Of a DNA stretch of 24,000 nucleotides, positions 1-8,930 are shown one piece after another. Source of the DNA: Pyrinomonadaceae bacterium (GTDB lineage: Bacteria > Acidobacteriota > Blastocatellia > Pyrinomonadales > Pyrinomonadaceae); contig CAVXFU010000004.1 of assembly GCA_963761145.1 (NCBI GenBank), positions 533,904 to 557,903 on the forward strand, given 5' to 3'. The notes below the pieces were generated by a model that saw nothing but the letters and a program-made list of their open reading frames with translations, made no database searches and was not told the origin of the DNA. Each line of letters opens with the position of its first letter. The first letter of the stretch is position 1. The position numbers and the translations under genes were made by a program.

Positions 1-171
1 AGATGCGAGAATAGAAAAGTTTAAGCGAGGTAATTCCAATGCTGATCAAAATACATATTCACGGCGAGAAATATAATAAAGTTTTTTCTCGCCTTTTTTA
101 TTTGCGCCCAATTCATTTCCGCGCAAAACCCGACTCCGACACCCGACGAGACGATTCGCGTCAGCACCGAT

Positions 172-2175
172 TTGATCCAGACAAGCGTCACGGTTGTTGA
201 TAAAAACAATCGTGACGTTGACAACCTGAAGCGCGAAGAGTTTGAACTGCGCGTTGATGGAAAGGCAGTTCCGATTGAATTTTTCGAGCAGAATATCTCG
301 GCTCAACAAGCTGTAAATTCGAAAACTCCGGGAAACAGCCAAACGCTGTCTGCGCCGAACATAAATCCGACTTTACGTGAGCGAAAAATTATTTTTTTCG
401 TGGATGACTTGCATCTTTCGCTCGACAGTCTGAACCGCACCAGACAGGCGATTACGCATTTTATTGACGACGAAATGCTGCCGCGCGACAATGTTTTAAT
501 CGTCGCCGCGAGCGGCAGAATCGGTTTTTTGCAGCAGTTTACTGACAACGAAGCCGTTCTACGAGCCGCGCTCGAACGACTTAAATACGCGCCGGTTGTG
601 GTGCGCGATACCGAACAGCCACCAATGCCCGAATCAATTGCCCTGCGTATTGTCAACGGCGATGCGGAAGCCGCGCAGTATTACGTTGAGAAAATTTTTG
701 AAGGATTTGCCGTTAAAAACGTCGCCAGTATGAATCAGCGCGGCGCGATGGAAATGGTTAGAAATCGCGCGAGTTTTATCGTAGGCGGAATGACTTCCGT
801 TTCTGAAACATCTCTCGGCTCACTCGACAGTCTTTTGCAAACGACTAACCAAATTCCCGGACGCAAAATTATTTTCTTTGCCTCAGACGGTTTTTATCTC
901 GGTGCGAAAAACACCGGAATCGTTGATAATACGCGGCTGCAAAACGTAGTCAATTCGGCGACACGTTCGGGCAGCGTAATTTACACGATTGACGCGCGCG
1001 GGCTTTTCTCTTTTTCGCCCGACGCAACCGGCGAGCGACCGGGCGACCAAAAAGGCAGACTCGAACGCGGGCGAATCGGCGAAGAACAGCTTAGTCAGGA
1101 AGGACTTTTCACGCTTGCCGAGCAAACCGGCGGCGAATTTTTGAAAAATCAAAACTATTTCGAGAAATGGATTGACCGCACGCTCGCCAAAAATTCAAAT
1201 TACTATCTGCTTGGCTGGAGTCCTGAAACGGATTCGCCGGCTGATAAAAAATTCAAGCAAATCGAAGTCGGCATCGTCGGACGACCCGATTTAACCGTTC
1301 GGCTTCAGCGCGGTTATCTGGCAAACTCCAATTCTCGAAACACCGAAAATTCTCAGACGAAAATTACCGGCGACAAAAAAAAGGTTGAAACAAAAGTTAA
1401 GCCGAAAGATTCGACGGTCAAAAAAAATCTGTCCGTCACCTTGTCGTTAAATTATCTTGATTTTCCGAATCTCGGCGGCGTGCTGACGAATTCCGTACAG
1501 ATTTCGACCGCCGGACTCGATTACAGCACGAATAAATCGGCGATGATTGATCTTGCCGGAGTTGTTTTTAACGATCAGGGCAAACAGGTGGCAGACTTTA
1601 AAACGGGTTTGAACGTCGCCTCGCAAAAATCGGGCGATGCCGAACAAAGCGTGATTTACAACCAGCGAACGCCGCTCGCGCCCGGCATCTATCAGGTCAG
1701 AGTCGGCGCACGCGAATCGAAAACCGGACAAACCGGAACGGCGACAAAGTGGATTGAAATTCCCGATTTAACCAAAAAGAAATTGACGCTCGGCAGTCTC
1801 CTGCTCGGCGTACAGTCTTTGAAAATATCCGACAAACCCGATGACACGCAGATTCAATTCAGCGTTGACCACAGCTTTGATCGCCCTTTAAAGCTCGATT
1901 TTATGTCATTTATTTATAATGCCGCGCGAGCCGGAAACGGGGAAATGAACTTGGCGACCAAGATTGAGATTTACGACGAACAGGGGCGCGCCATCGTTAA
2001 TACGCCGATGCGCCCGCTGGCGACCAAAGGACTCGACGATTTTGCCCGAATTCCTTTGACCGGCGCGATCAAACAGCAGACGAGCGCGCCGGGAAATTAT
2101 CTTTTGCGCGTCACGGTCAATGATTTGGTAGCGAATTCGACGGTCGTTCAGCAAACTACATTTATCATCGAATAA
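172..2175 (+). CDS. VWA domain-containing protein, acidobacterial VWFA type (TIGR03436-like). The real N-terminus is probably upstream at ATG 39 but is out of frame in this sequence.
   Basis: 667-aa ORF. The N-terminal 'IRVSTDLIQTSVTVVDKNNRDV..LKREEFELRVDGKAVPIEFFE', then 'KIIFFVDD', 'IIFFASDG' and 'VIYTIDARGL', match the architecture I recall for acidobacterial VWFA proteins. The classical DxSxS MIDAS motif is degenerate here (DDLHLS). The TTG at 172 lies inside the conserved domain and the frame stays open back to 46. Confidence 0.8.
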   Translation: MIQTSVTVVDKNNRDVDNLKREEFELRVDGKAVPIEFFEQNISAQQAVNSKTPGNSQTLSAPNINPTLRERKIIFFVDDLHLSLDSLNRTRQAITHFIDDEMLPRDNVLIVAASGRIGFLQQFTDNEAVLRAALERLKYAPVVVRDTEQPPMPESIALRIVNGDAEAAQYYVEKIFEGFAVKNVASMNQRGAMEMVRNRASFIVGGMTSVSETSLGSLDSLLQTTNQIPGRKIIFFASDGFYLGAKNTGIVDNTRLQNVVNSATRSGSVIYTIDARGLFSFSPDATGERPGDQKGRLERGRIGEEQLSQEGLFTLAEQTGGEFLKNQNYFEKWIDRTLAKNSNYYLLGWSPETDSPADKKFKQIEVGIVGRPDLTVRLQRGYLANSNSRNTENSQTKITGDKKKVETKVKPKDSTVKKNLSVTLSLNYLDFPNLGGVLTNSVQISTAGLDYSTNKSAMIDLAGVVFNDQGKQVADFKTGLNVASQKSGDAEQSVIYNQRTPLAPGIYQVRVGARESKTGQTGTATKWIEIPDLTKKKLTLGSLLLGVQSLKISDKPDDTQIQFSVDHSFDRPLKLDFMSFIYNAARAGNGEMNLATKIEIYDEQGRAIVNTPMRPLATKGLDDFARIPLTGAIKQQTSAPGNYLLRVTVNDLVANSTVVQQTTFIIE

Positions 2176-2179
2176 TCGT

Positions 2180-3031
2180 ATGAATTCAAGTACGCAGGCA
2201 AAAGTGGAAAGAAGCGATTCTGCCCGGTTTTTCGTTCATCTGGCGCGGGCTTTTGGCGGCGCGATTCTGTTTTCATTTCCGCTTTTGATGACGATGGAAA
2301 TGTGGTTTCTGGGCTTTTACGTCAACGGATTCCGGCTCGTGCTCTTTACGCTTTTCACCGTTCCTTTGCTCATCGGGCTTTCGTATTACGACGGTTTTGA
2401 ACCGACTTCAAGCTTGACGGATGATGTCGTTGATACGTTCGTCGCCTACGCGGTCGGTTTCGTTACTTCGACGGCGTTTTTATTTGTTTTCGGCATAATC
2501 AAATTCGAAATGTCAGCCGAGGAAATTATCGGCAAAATTTCCGTTCAGTCGGTGATTTGCAGTTTCGGAGCAATGTTCGCACAAAGTTTGCTGAACGGCG
2601 GCGCAGCGGACGAATCTGACGACAGAAAGCGCGAGGCAAGTTATTTCGGTGAGCTTTTCCTGATGACGGTCGGCGCACTTTTTCTTTCGATGAGCGTTGC
2701 GCCGACTGAAGAAGTAAACTTGATTTCCTATCAGATGAGCGGCTGGCATTCGTTCGCGCTTGCTGTCGGCACTTTGATTATGATGCACGCGTTCGTTTAC
2801 GCTATTGAATTTCGCGGGCGCGAAAAAACGCTTGCACCCGACAAATCATTTTTGAATTTGTTTCTGCGTTTTACCGTCGTCGGCTACGCGATTGCGCTGC
2901 TGACGAGCTTTTACATTCTCTGGACTTTCGGCAGTCTCGACGGGTTGGGCGCAGCAGAACAAATCAAAGCAACCGTCGTGCTGGCATTTCCTGCCGCCGT
3001 CGGCGCGTCGGCTTCAAGGTTTATTTTATAG
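2180..3031 (+). CDS. Polytopic integral membrane protein, TIGR02587 / DUF2391-like
   Basis: 283-aa ORF starting 4 nt after the VWA stop. It has about 6-7 hydrophobic spans ('AILFSFPLLMTMEMWFLGFY', 'LVLFTLFTVPLLIGL', and others). It is paired with a small single-TM partner, as described for the TIGR02587/TIGR02588 gene pair. The family call is from memory, not a search. Confidence 0.65.
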   Translation: MNSSTQAKVERSDSARFFVHLARAFGGAILFSFPLLMTMEMWFLGFYVNGFRLVLFTLFTVPLLIGLSYYDGFEPTSSLTDDVVDTFVAYAVGFVTSTAFLFVFGIIKFEMSAEEIIGKISVQSVICSFGAMFAQSLLNGGAADESDDRKREASYFGELFLMTVGALFLSMSVAPTEEVNLISYQMSGWHSFALAVGTLIMMHAFVYAIEFRGREKTLAPDKSFLNLFLRFTVVGYAIALLTSFYILWTFGSLDGLGAAEQIKATVVLAFPAAVGASASRFIL

Positions 3032-3035
3032 AAAA

Positions 3036-3455
3036 ATGGCTAAAGAAAAATCTGAAGAAAAAACAGAAAATCAACATCCGTCAACCACGACCTTTTGGGA
3101 ATGGATTGTCGCCGCTGTCGGGTTGTGTTTGATCGTCACGGCAATCGGGACGACACTATACAATGCGTGGACGGCGCACGACAAGCCGCCGCAGCTCGAA
3201 GTTTCGGTTGACTCGATTACACCGAATGGCAAAAATTATCTCGTTAAATTTCTGGTTAAAAACACGGGCGGACAAACCGCCGCCGCCGTCACAATCGAAG
3301 GTGAATTGAAAAACGGCGCGGAAACGGCGGAAACCGCCAGCGCGACTTTGACCTACGCGCCGTCGCATTCCGAACGCGGCGGCGGTCTTTATTTTACAAA
3401 AAATCCCGCGCAATTCGATTTGCAGATTCGCGTGACCGGTTATGAAGAGCCGTAA
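3036..3455 (+). CDS. Small single-pass membrane protein, TIGR02588-like partner of TIGR02587
   Basis: 139-aa ORF starting 4 nt after the previous stop. It has one TM helix in the first 50 aa ('FWEWIVAAVGLCLIVTAIGTTLY') followed by a beta-rich soluble domain. The adjacency matches the described two-gene pair. Confidence 0.6.
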   Translation: MAKEKSEEKTENQHPSTTTFWEWIVAAVGLCLIVTAIGTTLYNAWTAHDKPPQLEVSVDSITPNGKNYLVKFLVKNTGGQTAAAVTIEGELKNGAETAETASATLTYAPSHSERGGGLYFTKNPAQFDLQIRVTGYEEP

Positions 3456-3461
3456 AAATTT

Positions 3462-4043
3462 ATGAACAAAGAAAAAATGTTTATTCCGATTGTTTTGGGA
3501 ACGAATCGAAAAGGGCGCGAAAGTGAAAAAGTCGCTTTCTGGCTTCTGGAAAAAATGTCGGAACGCGAAGACATCGAAACGAAACTTTTCGACGTACGCG
3601 ATTTTGATTTGCCGCCGGACGATTACGGAACGACAATCGGCAAAAACTTTCCCGAATGGCGCGATGCGATTATCCGCGCCGACGGCTTGGTGATCGTCAC
3701 GCCCGAATACAATCACGGTTATCCGGGAATTTTGAAAAGCGTTCTCGATTTGCTTTTGAAGGAATACATCCACAAAGCCGTCGGCTTGGTCGGCGTTTCC
3801 GCCGCGCCGTGGGGCGGAACGCGCGTCATCGAAGCCTGCGTTCCGATGGTTCGGGAACTCGGTTTGACCGTTACCTTCAGCGACTTAAATTTTCCGCAGG
3901 TGCAGGATAAATTCGACGAAAACGGCAAATTGCTCGACAAAGCCTTTAACAAACGCGCCAAAGATTTTCTCGACGAACTCGTCTGGATGTGCGCCGCGCT
4001 GCGTTGGGGACGCGAAAATCTGCCTTCCAAATATCATCAGTAA
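3462..4043 (+). CDS. NAD(P)H-dependent FMN reductase family oxidoreductase
   Basis: 193-aa ORF starting 6 nt after the previous stop. 'IVLGTNRKGRESEKVA' and 'VIVTPEYNHGYPGILKSVLD' are typical flavodoxin-like FMN reductase (PF03358-type) motifs. Confidence 0.8.
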   Translation: MNKEKMFIPIVLGTNRKGRESEKVAFWLLEKMSEREDIETKLFDVRDFDLPPDDYGTTIGKNFPEWRDAIIRADGLVIVTPEYNHGYPGILKSVLDLLLKEYIHKAVGLVGVSAAPWGGTRVIEACVPMVRELGLTVTFSDLNFPQVQDKFDENGKLLDKAFNKRAKDFLDELVWMCAALRWGRENLPSKYHQ

Positions 4044-4138
4044 AATGCGGAAAGCGAGAACTTGACTGCGCGATTTATTTGTCCGATTCTAAATCTGTAA
4101 AATTTTTTCAAAACACGAAATAGGGAAGGTAAATCAAA

Positions 4139-4528
4139 ATGGCAGAAAATTTAGCAAAGCAATTTATAGACGCGCTCCATCACCTCGAAGCGAAGCGCGA
4201 TTTGGAAACAATCGTCAGTCTTTTCAGCGAAGACTGCGAAATCGGCAACGTCGTGACCGAAGACAAAAACATCGGAGTCGAAGAATTCTGGAAAAATTAT
4301 CGGGATAGTTTCGACACTGTTAAATCAAATTTCCGCAACGAAATCGTATCGAACGACGTGACCGCCCTCGAATGGACGACAAGCGGGACAATCAGCGCGG
4401 GTCAGAAATTTGAATACGACGGCGTGAGTATTCTGGAAATCGAGGACGACAAAATCACGCGCTTTCACGCTTATTTCGATCCGAACAAGCTCGGCAAGCA
4501 AATGGAGGCGGCGAAGGGAAATGGCTGA
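4139..4528 (+). CDS. SnoaL-like / NTF2-fold (ketosteroid isomerase-like) protein
   Basis: 129-aa ORF with GGAAGG about 10 nt upstream of the ATG. Its size and pattern ('FIDALHHLEA..DLETIVSLFSEDCE', 'ALEWTTSG', 'DGVSILEIEDDKITRFHAYFD') fit the NTF2-like fold. Confidence 0.65.
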   Translation: MAENLAKQFIDALHHLEAKRDLETIVSLFSEDCEIGNVVTEDKNIGVEEFWKNYRDSFDTVKSNFRNEIVSNDVTALEWTTSGTISAGQKFEYDGVSILEIEDDKITRFHAYFDPNKLGKQMEAAKGNG

Positions 4529-4739
4529 TAATCTCAAAACGGGCGATAAAGTCGAATGGGAAACGCCGCAAGGGAAAACTTCCGGCACAGTGAAAAAGAA
4601 GCTGACCAAACCGGTTGACATCAAAAATCATCACGTCGCCGCTTCCGCAGACAATCCTGAATATCTGGTCGAAAGCGAAAAAAGCGGCAGCGCGGCGGCA
4701 CATAAACCGGAGACCTTAAAAAAGAAAAGCGAAAAATAA
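4521..4739 (+). CDS. DUF2945 (hypervirulence-associated Tudor-like) small protein
   Basis: 72-aa ORF overlapping the previous gene by 8 nt (ATGGCTGA). 'GDKVEWETPQGKTSGTVKKKLTKP...HHVAAS.DNPEYLVES' resembles the DUF2945 signature as I recall it. Confidence 0.6.
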   Translation: MADNLKTGDKVEWETPQGKTSGTVKKKLTKPVDIKNHHVAASADNPEYLVESEKSGSAAAHKPETLKKKSEK

Positions 4740-4763
4740 GTAAAATTATTAATCGCACAGACG

Positions 4764-4796
4764 AAGCGGCGGAAACTTTTGTTTCGCCGCTTTTTA
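4764..4796 (+). terminator. Rho-independent terminator between convergent genes
   Basis: AAGCGGCGGAAAC (4764-4776) pairs with GTTTCGCCGCTT (4781-4792) with one bulged G and a TTTT loop. A T-run follows. It lies 25 nt after the DUF2945 stop. Confidence 0.75.
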
Positions 4797-4805
4797 GTTT
4801 AATAA

Positions 4806-6254
4806 TTAGCGGCTCGCCATATCTTCGCCGACTGTCCAGACGACAATTGAGCTTGATAATCCTAAGCCGGAAAGCCGACCAGCCATCATCACTATTGTTT
4901 CGCCTTTATCAATCACCGCTGCGTCGAGCAGAGTTTTCTCGCCTTCCTTGAGCATTGCTTCGGTGGTTTCGGTGTCTTCGTGACAGAAGGGTTTTACGCC
5001 CCAAATTAAAGCTAATTGGTTGCGTACGTCATCGGAATTGGTTAAGGCGAAGGTTTGCAAGCCGGAACGGACGCTCGACAGGCGACGCGCCATTAAACCG
5101 GATTCGGTGAAGACAGCGACTTTTTCGGTTTTTATCTCGCGAGCGCAGATTGCCGCCGCTTTGCATAACGCCTGCGACGTTCTGCCAGTCGGCTTTTCAG
5201 CGAACTTGACGGGACGTTTGAGCTTGACGGTTTCGACGGTTTCGGCTGATTCGATGATGCGTTTCATCGTGGCGACCGATTCGACCGGATATTGTCCGGT
5301 CGCGGTTTCCGCCGAAAGCATCACCGCGTCGGTTCCGTCCCAGACGGCGTTTGCCACGTCCGAGGCTTCGGCGCGGGTCGGGCGCGGGCTGATGATCATA
5401 GATTGCAGCATCTGCGTCGCGGTGATGACGAATTTGTCGTTCATCACCGCTTTTTCGATAATTTGTTTCTGATATACCGGTACAAGTTCCGCGCTCGTTT
5501 CTACGCCCAAATCGCCGCGGGCGACCATCACGCCGTCGGTTTCCTGCAAAATCGCGTCGAGATTTTCAATCGCCTCGGCTTTTTCGATCTTGGCGACGAG
5601 CAGCGGTCTGCCAATTTTTCTGGTGTGCAGTTGTTTGATTAATTCTCTGGCTTCCTTGCAGTCTTCGGCGCGGCGAACGAACGACAGCGCGATATAATCG
5701 GCGTTCTGCGTCATCGCCCAATCCAAATCAACGCGGTCTTTATCGGTCAGCGATGGAATCGGCAAATTCGTATTCGGCAGATTAATTCCCTTGCGTTCGG
5801 AGAGCAGTCCGCCGCTGAGAACGCGCGTGACGACATCGGTCGCCGTGTCGGATTCGACAATCAGTTCAATCGCGCCGTCGTCGAGCAGCACTCGCGCACC
5901 GGTTTCGACCAGTTTCGGCAAATCCTTGTAATTTGTCGAAACTTCTTCCGCCGTACCTTCGACATCACGCGAAGTGATAACGAATTGTGAACCCGTTTCG
6001 AGAAATACCGCCGTTCCGCCTTTCAATTTTCCGGTGCGAATTTTCGGACCCGATAAATCAACCAGAATCGCCAGCGGCATATCGAGATTTTTCGCCGCCG
6101 CCCGCGCCAGCCTGATTGTTTCGGCGTGTTCGTCGTGCGTGCCGTGCGACATATTGATTCGCACGGCATTTAATCCGGCTTTTATTAATTGTTCGATTTT
6201 TTCCTGTGTGTTGGTCGCCGGTCCGAGCGTGGCTAAAATTTTTGCTTTTCTCAT
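4806..6254 (-). CDS. pyk: Pyruvate kinase
   Basis: 482-aa ORF. 'MRKAKILATLGPAT', 'NAVRINMSHGTHDEH', 'ILVDLSGPKIRTG', 'MVARGDLGVE' and 'ATQMLQSMI..PRPTRAEASDVANAV.DG.DAVMLSAETA.G.YP' are canonical pyruvate kinase motifs. Confidence 0.97.
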   Translation of the reverse strand: MRKAKILATLGPATNTQEKIEQLIKAGLNAVRINMSHGTHDEHAETIRLARAAAKNLDMPLAILVDLSGPKIRTGKLKGGTAVFLETGSQFVITSRDVEGTAEEVSTNYKDLPKLVETGARVLLDDGAIELIVESDTATDVVTRVLSGGLLSERKGINLPNTNLPIPSLTDKDRVDLDWAMTQNADYIALSFVRRAEDCKEARELIKQLHTRKIGRPLLVAKIEKAEAIENLDAILQETDGVMVARGDLGVETSAELVPVYQKQIIEKAVMNDKFVITATQMLQSMIISPRPTRAEASDVANAVWDGTDAVMLSAETATGQYPVESVATMKRIIESAETVETVKLKRPVKFAEKPTGRTSQALCKAAAICAREIKTEKVAVFTESGLMARRLSSVRSGLQTFALTNSDDVRNQLALIWGVKPFCHEDTETTEAMLKEGEKTLLDAAVIDKGETIVMMAGRLSGLGLSSSIVVWTVGEDMASR

Positions 6255-6366
6255 AAATTAACTGAAAATATTATAACTATTGCGAACTCTTCTCAAACTT
6301 AACATTTTAATTTCCGGCGGTGAAACAGCATTTTTCGCTGCTTAAAATAAATCGGCGAAAAATTTG

Positions 6367-6876
6367 TTAAATGCTTTCCTCTGTTTCTATCTTGACGACC
6401 ACGCTGCCCGCGACAAAATCGTGCAGCGCGCGGCGTTTATCATTGGTGAAAAATACGACTATATCGGCAATTCCCCAGAGTAAAATTACCGTGTAATACG
6501 GATTTGACAATAAATTGGGCGAATCAGCGGCTTGTTCGTCCAATAAAAGCGGATTTGTAAAGATGAGTGAGCCGAAGATGAAAATTATTTGGGGCAAATC
6601 TCTAAGTAATGCCTGTCGGAACTTCAGAGCCGATTCGGAAACGTCTAAAACCTTGACCTTCATCAACATTTTTCCGACCGTTTGCCCGAACAACGTATGC
6701 ATCACGATAAAATAAGTAACATTCGCTAAACCGAGCGCGATTATCAGCGCGAGTTTTAGCTGATCGGAAAAAACGCTGTTTTTCACCGAATCTTCGACGA
6801 TTCCGAGCGGCAAAAGCAGAATAGTATCGAGAACTAAAGCCAGAAAGCGCGGTAGAAATGTTTGATATTTGTTCAT
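6367..6876 (-). CDS. RDD family membrane protein
   Basis: 169-aa ORF with three hydrophobic spans. It has the N-terminal 'RFLALVLDTILL' and C-terminal 'KRRALHDFVAGSVVV' typical of RDD domains. Its ATG overlaps the upstream GH15 stop by 1 nt (TAATG). Confidence 0.75.
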   Translation of the reverse strand: MNKYQTFLPRFLALVLDTILLLPLGIVEDSVKNSVFSDQLKLALIIALGLANVTYFIVMHTLFGQTVGKMLMKVKVLDVSESALKFRQALLRDLPQIIFIFGSLIFTNPLLLDEQAADSPNLLSNPYYTVILLWGIADIVVFFTNDKRRALHDFVAGSVVVKIETEESI

Positions 6877-8823
6877 TAAACTAATTTGGCGAGTTTATTC
6901 AGATAACTCATTACGGTCGCCACAAACGTCGAATGCGACCACGTAAGCGGCGCAACGGAAACGGGTTCGCCTGTTACGGGATGAACCTGCTCGGCTAAAA
7001 CGCCCGACGGCAGAGCGCGTTTCGTCGTCCAGTCCAGAATTTCCAGAGCCTTCTGCAATTCGTCTTTCGTCGCGGCGCGGGCGATGTAGAAATCCGCCAG
7101 CCAGAGCGTGCAGATAAACCAAGCGTTGCCGGTGAAATCGTCGGAAACGCGCATATAACCGTCGTTTTCGAGCCGCGCGATGCCGCCGATGTCGCCTTTT
7201 ACCCAGAGTTTTTCTTCGATTGCCCGCATCGAATTTTCAACCATTTCATCGTCGGGCGCGAACGCGCCGAAATAGAAAGCGGCGAAAATCGAAGCATCAA
7301 CCGTCGCGTCCGCTTCGTAATGCGCGTCGCCGTGAAATTGCAGACCGCGCAAAAATCTGCCGAGTTCCGGACTGTATAAATGTTCGCGCATCGCCGCAAC
7401 TATTTCCGCCGCCGCCGATTCGTATTGTTCGGCGCGTTCGGTTTCGCCGAAAAGCCGCGCGAAATTTGCCGCCGCCCGCAAACCGCCGACAACCGCGCCG
7501 CAGGTAAACGTATGAATGCCGCGCCGGTCTTCCCAGAGATTCCACGACGGCAGCGGCAGCCGCAAATTCCCATGGCGAAAATTCATCATAAAATCCGCCG
7601 CTTTAACAATCAGCGAGCGATAAAACTTTCTGGCAAATTCGATTTCGCGGAATTTATCGTAATGTTCCCACAACGCCCAAATAACCAGCGCGGTTTCATC
7701 TTCCTGAATCGGCACGAGCTTTTTTTGCTCCCAAACGTCCCACGCCGCGTGCCAGCCGGAAGCGACCGTTCCGTCGGAATTATATTTTTGCAGAAAGTAA
7801 CCGTCTTCGTGGATAATTTGGGCGCACAGGTAGAAAAACTTTCTGGTCAGAAATGGATAACCGGCGAGGTCGAGCGCGTTGGCGACAAATGCGCCGTCGC
7901 GCGTCCACAAATAACTGTAATGATCGGTCGCCCGTTCGGTGACATCCGAATCGTTCGCGGCGAGAATTGCGCCGTCGTTGTCGGTCTGCGTGCGAATTAC
8001 CAGCAGCGAACGCTTATATAAATTTATAATTTCCGGCGACAAATCGGCGAAATTCGTGCCGTTTTTATTAACCCAGACGCGCCAGTAATTTCCCGTGTAA
8101 TTCAAATACTGCTGCGGCGTTTGCTCGTGAACGTGTTTGTTTAGATTGATAACTTCGTCGTGCGACATTCCGGCGCAAATCCAGTAAAAAAACTCTTTCG
8201 TTTCGCCCGCTTCCAAATCCAGATAAACCCCGATTGTTGAATCAACCGATCCTTCAGTCACCGCGCCGCCGCTCAAAATGCCGTCTTCCGCGTCGCGCCA
8301 CGTTCCTTCCTGCGTCCCGAAAGCCTTTCTGCCGGTCGAGAAAACGTCAAAATGCGGCGCGGTATTGATTAAAAAATAACGATGCTTTTTATAATGCATG
8401 AGCGCGAGAGCTTTCCGGGTCGTAAAACGCCGTGTCGCCGACTTTGTTTTCGTAGATGCGAAAATCCTGATGCAGAAAAACACGAATTTTTCGCGAAGTA
8501 TCGCGCAGATTTTTGACGCGCACACGCCGCAGAAAAATATTTTCGTGACTCGCTACCGTGTCGTTGCAGACGATTTCGATGCCGAGCGTTTCGTTAGTTA
8601 ATCGAACGTCGGTGACAAGCGTTTCGGGCAGGTAAGCTAATTCTCGTTTCCAGTCATCGGAGAAAATCCAAGAAAACTCGCCGTCCGCCCAAACGCCGAA
8701 ACGAAACGGAAAGCCTTCCGTATGATTTTCCTGCCCGACGTGCGGAAAATAAACGTCGCGGATTTGATATTTGTCGTCGAAAGTAACGAGCAAAGAGCCG
8801 TTTCCGACCGGAATGTCGCGCAT
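6876..8823 (-). pseudogene. Glycoside hydrolase family 15 (glucoamylase/trehalase-like), split by one frameshift near 8412-8420
   Basis: The two ORFs 8389..8823 and 6876..8525 overlap. The N-terminal part is 'MRDIPVGNGSLLVTFD..YQIRDVYFPHVG'. The catalytic (alpha/alpha)6 part has 'YLWTRDGAF', 'SWNLWEDRRGIHTFTCG' and 'LAEQVHPVTGEPVSVAPLTWSHS'. The total span is 1948 nt (3n+1). Skipping one A of GAAAG (plus strand TTT 8412-8414) joins '..TAFYDPE' to 'ALALMHYKKHRYFLI..'. Confidence 0.85.
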
Positions 8824-8908
8824 AGATTAAAAAATCAATTTAAGAAAGCTGCAATTAGTGAGATACAATGATAATTCATTGTTTGAATCTAAATCAAAAA
8901 CCGTAAAT

Positions 8909-8917
8909 TGATATAAT
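8909..8917 (+). promoter_or_regulatory. Candidate extended -10 promoter element (TGATATAAT) for the ABC exporter gene
   Basis: A perfect TGnTATAAT lies 14 nt upstream of ATG 8931, which implies a very short leader. I found no convincing -35. The same 10-mer TGATATAATT recurs at 22525. Confidence 0.3.
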
Positions 8918-8930
8918 TAAAATATGGCAG

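Noticed and set aside
21-342. Minus-strand ORFs 21..224 and 46..342 at the window start
   Set aside because: They overlap the VWA gene's N-terminal region and its presumed signal peptide. They have no motifs or SD sequence and are best explained as shadow ORFs.
3156-3773. Long antisense or overlapping ORFs (for example 3156..3773 -, 7380..8021 +, 12523..13155 +, 15466..16170 +, 5020..5472 +)
   Set aside because: Each lies entirely inside a strongly supported gene on the other strand or in another frame. Their Arg/Ala/Gly-rich, low-complexity translations are typical of shadow frames, and none has a recognisable motif.
6270-6296. TATAAT (minus strand, 6270-6275) with TTGAGA (6291-6296) as the pyk promoter
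   Set aside because: The spacer is only 15 nt, and the -10 element sits only 15 nt from the ATG, which leaves no room for a leader. It is plausible but not supportable without transcription start site data.
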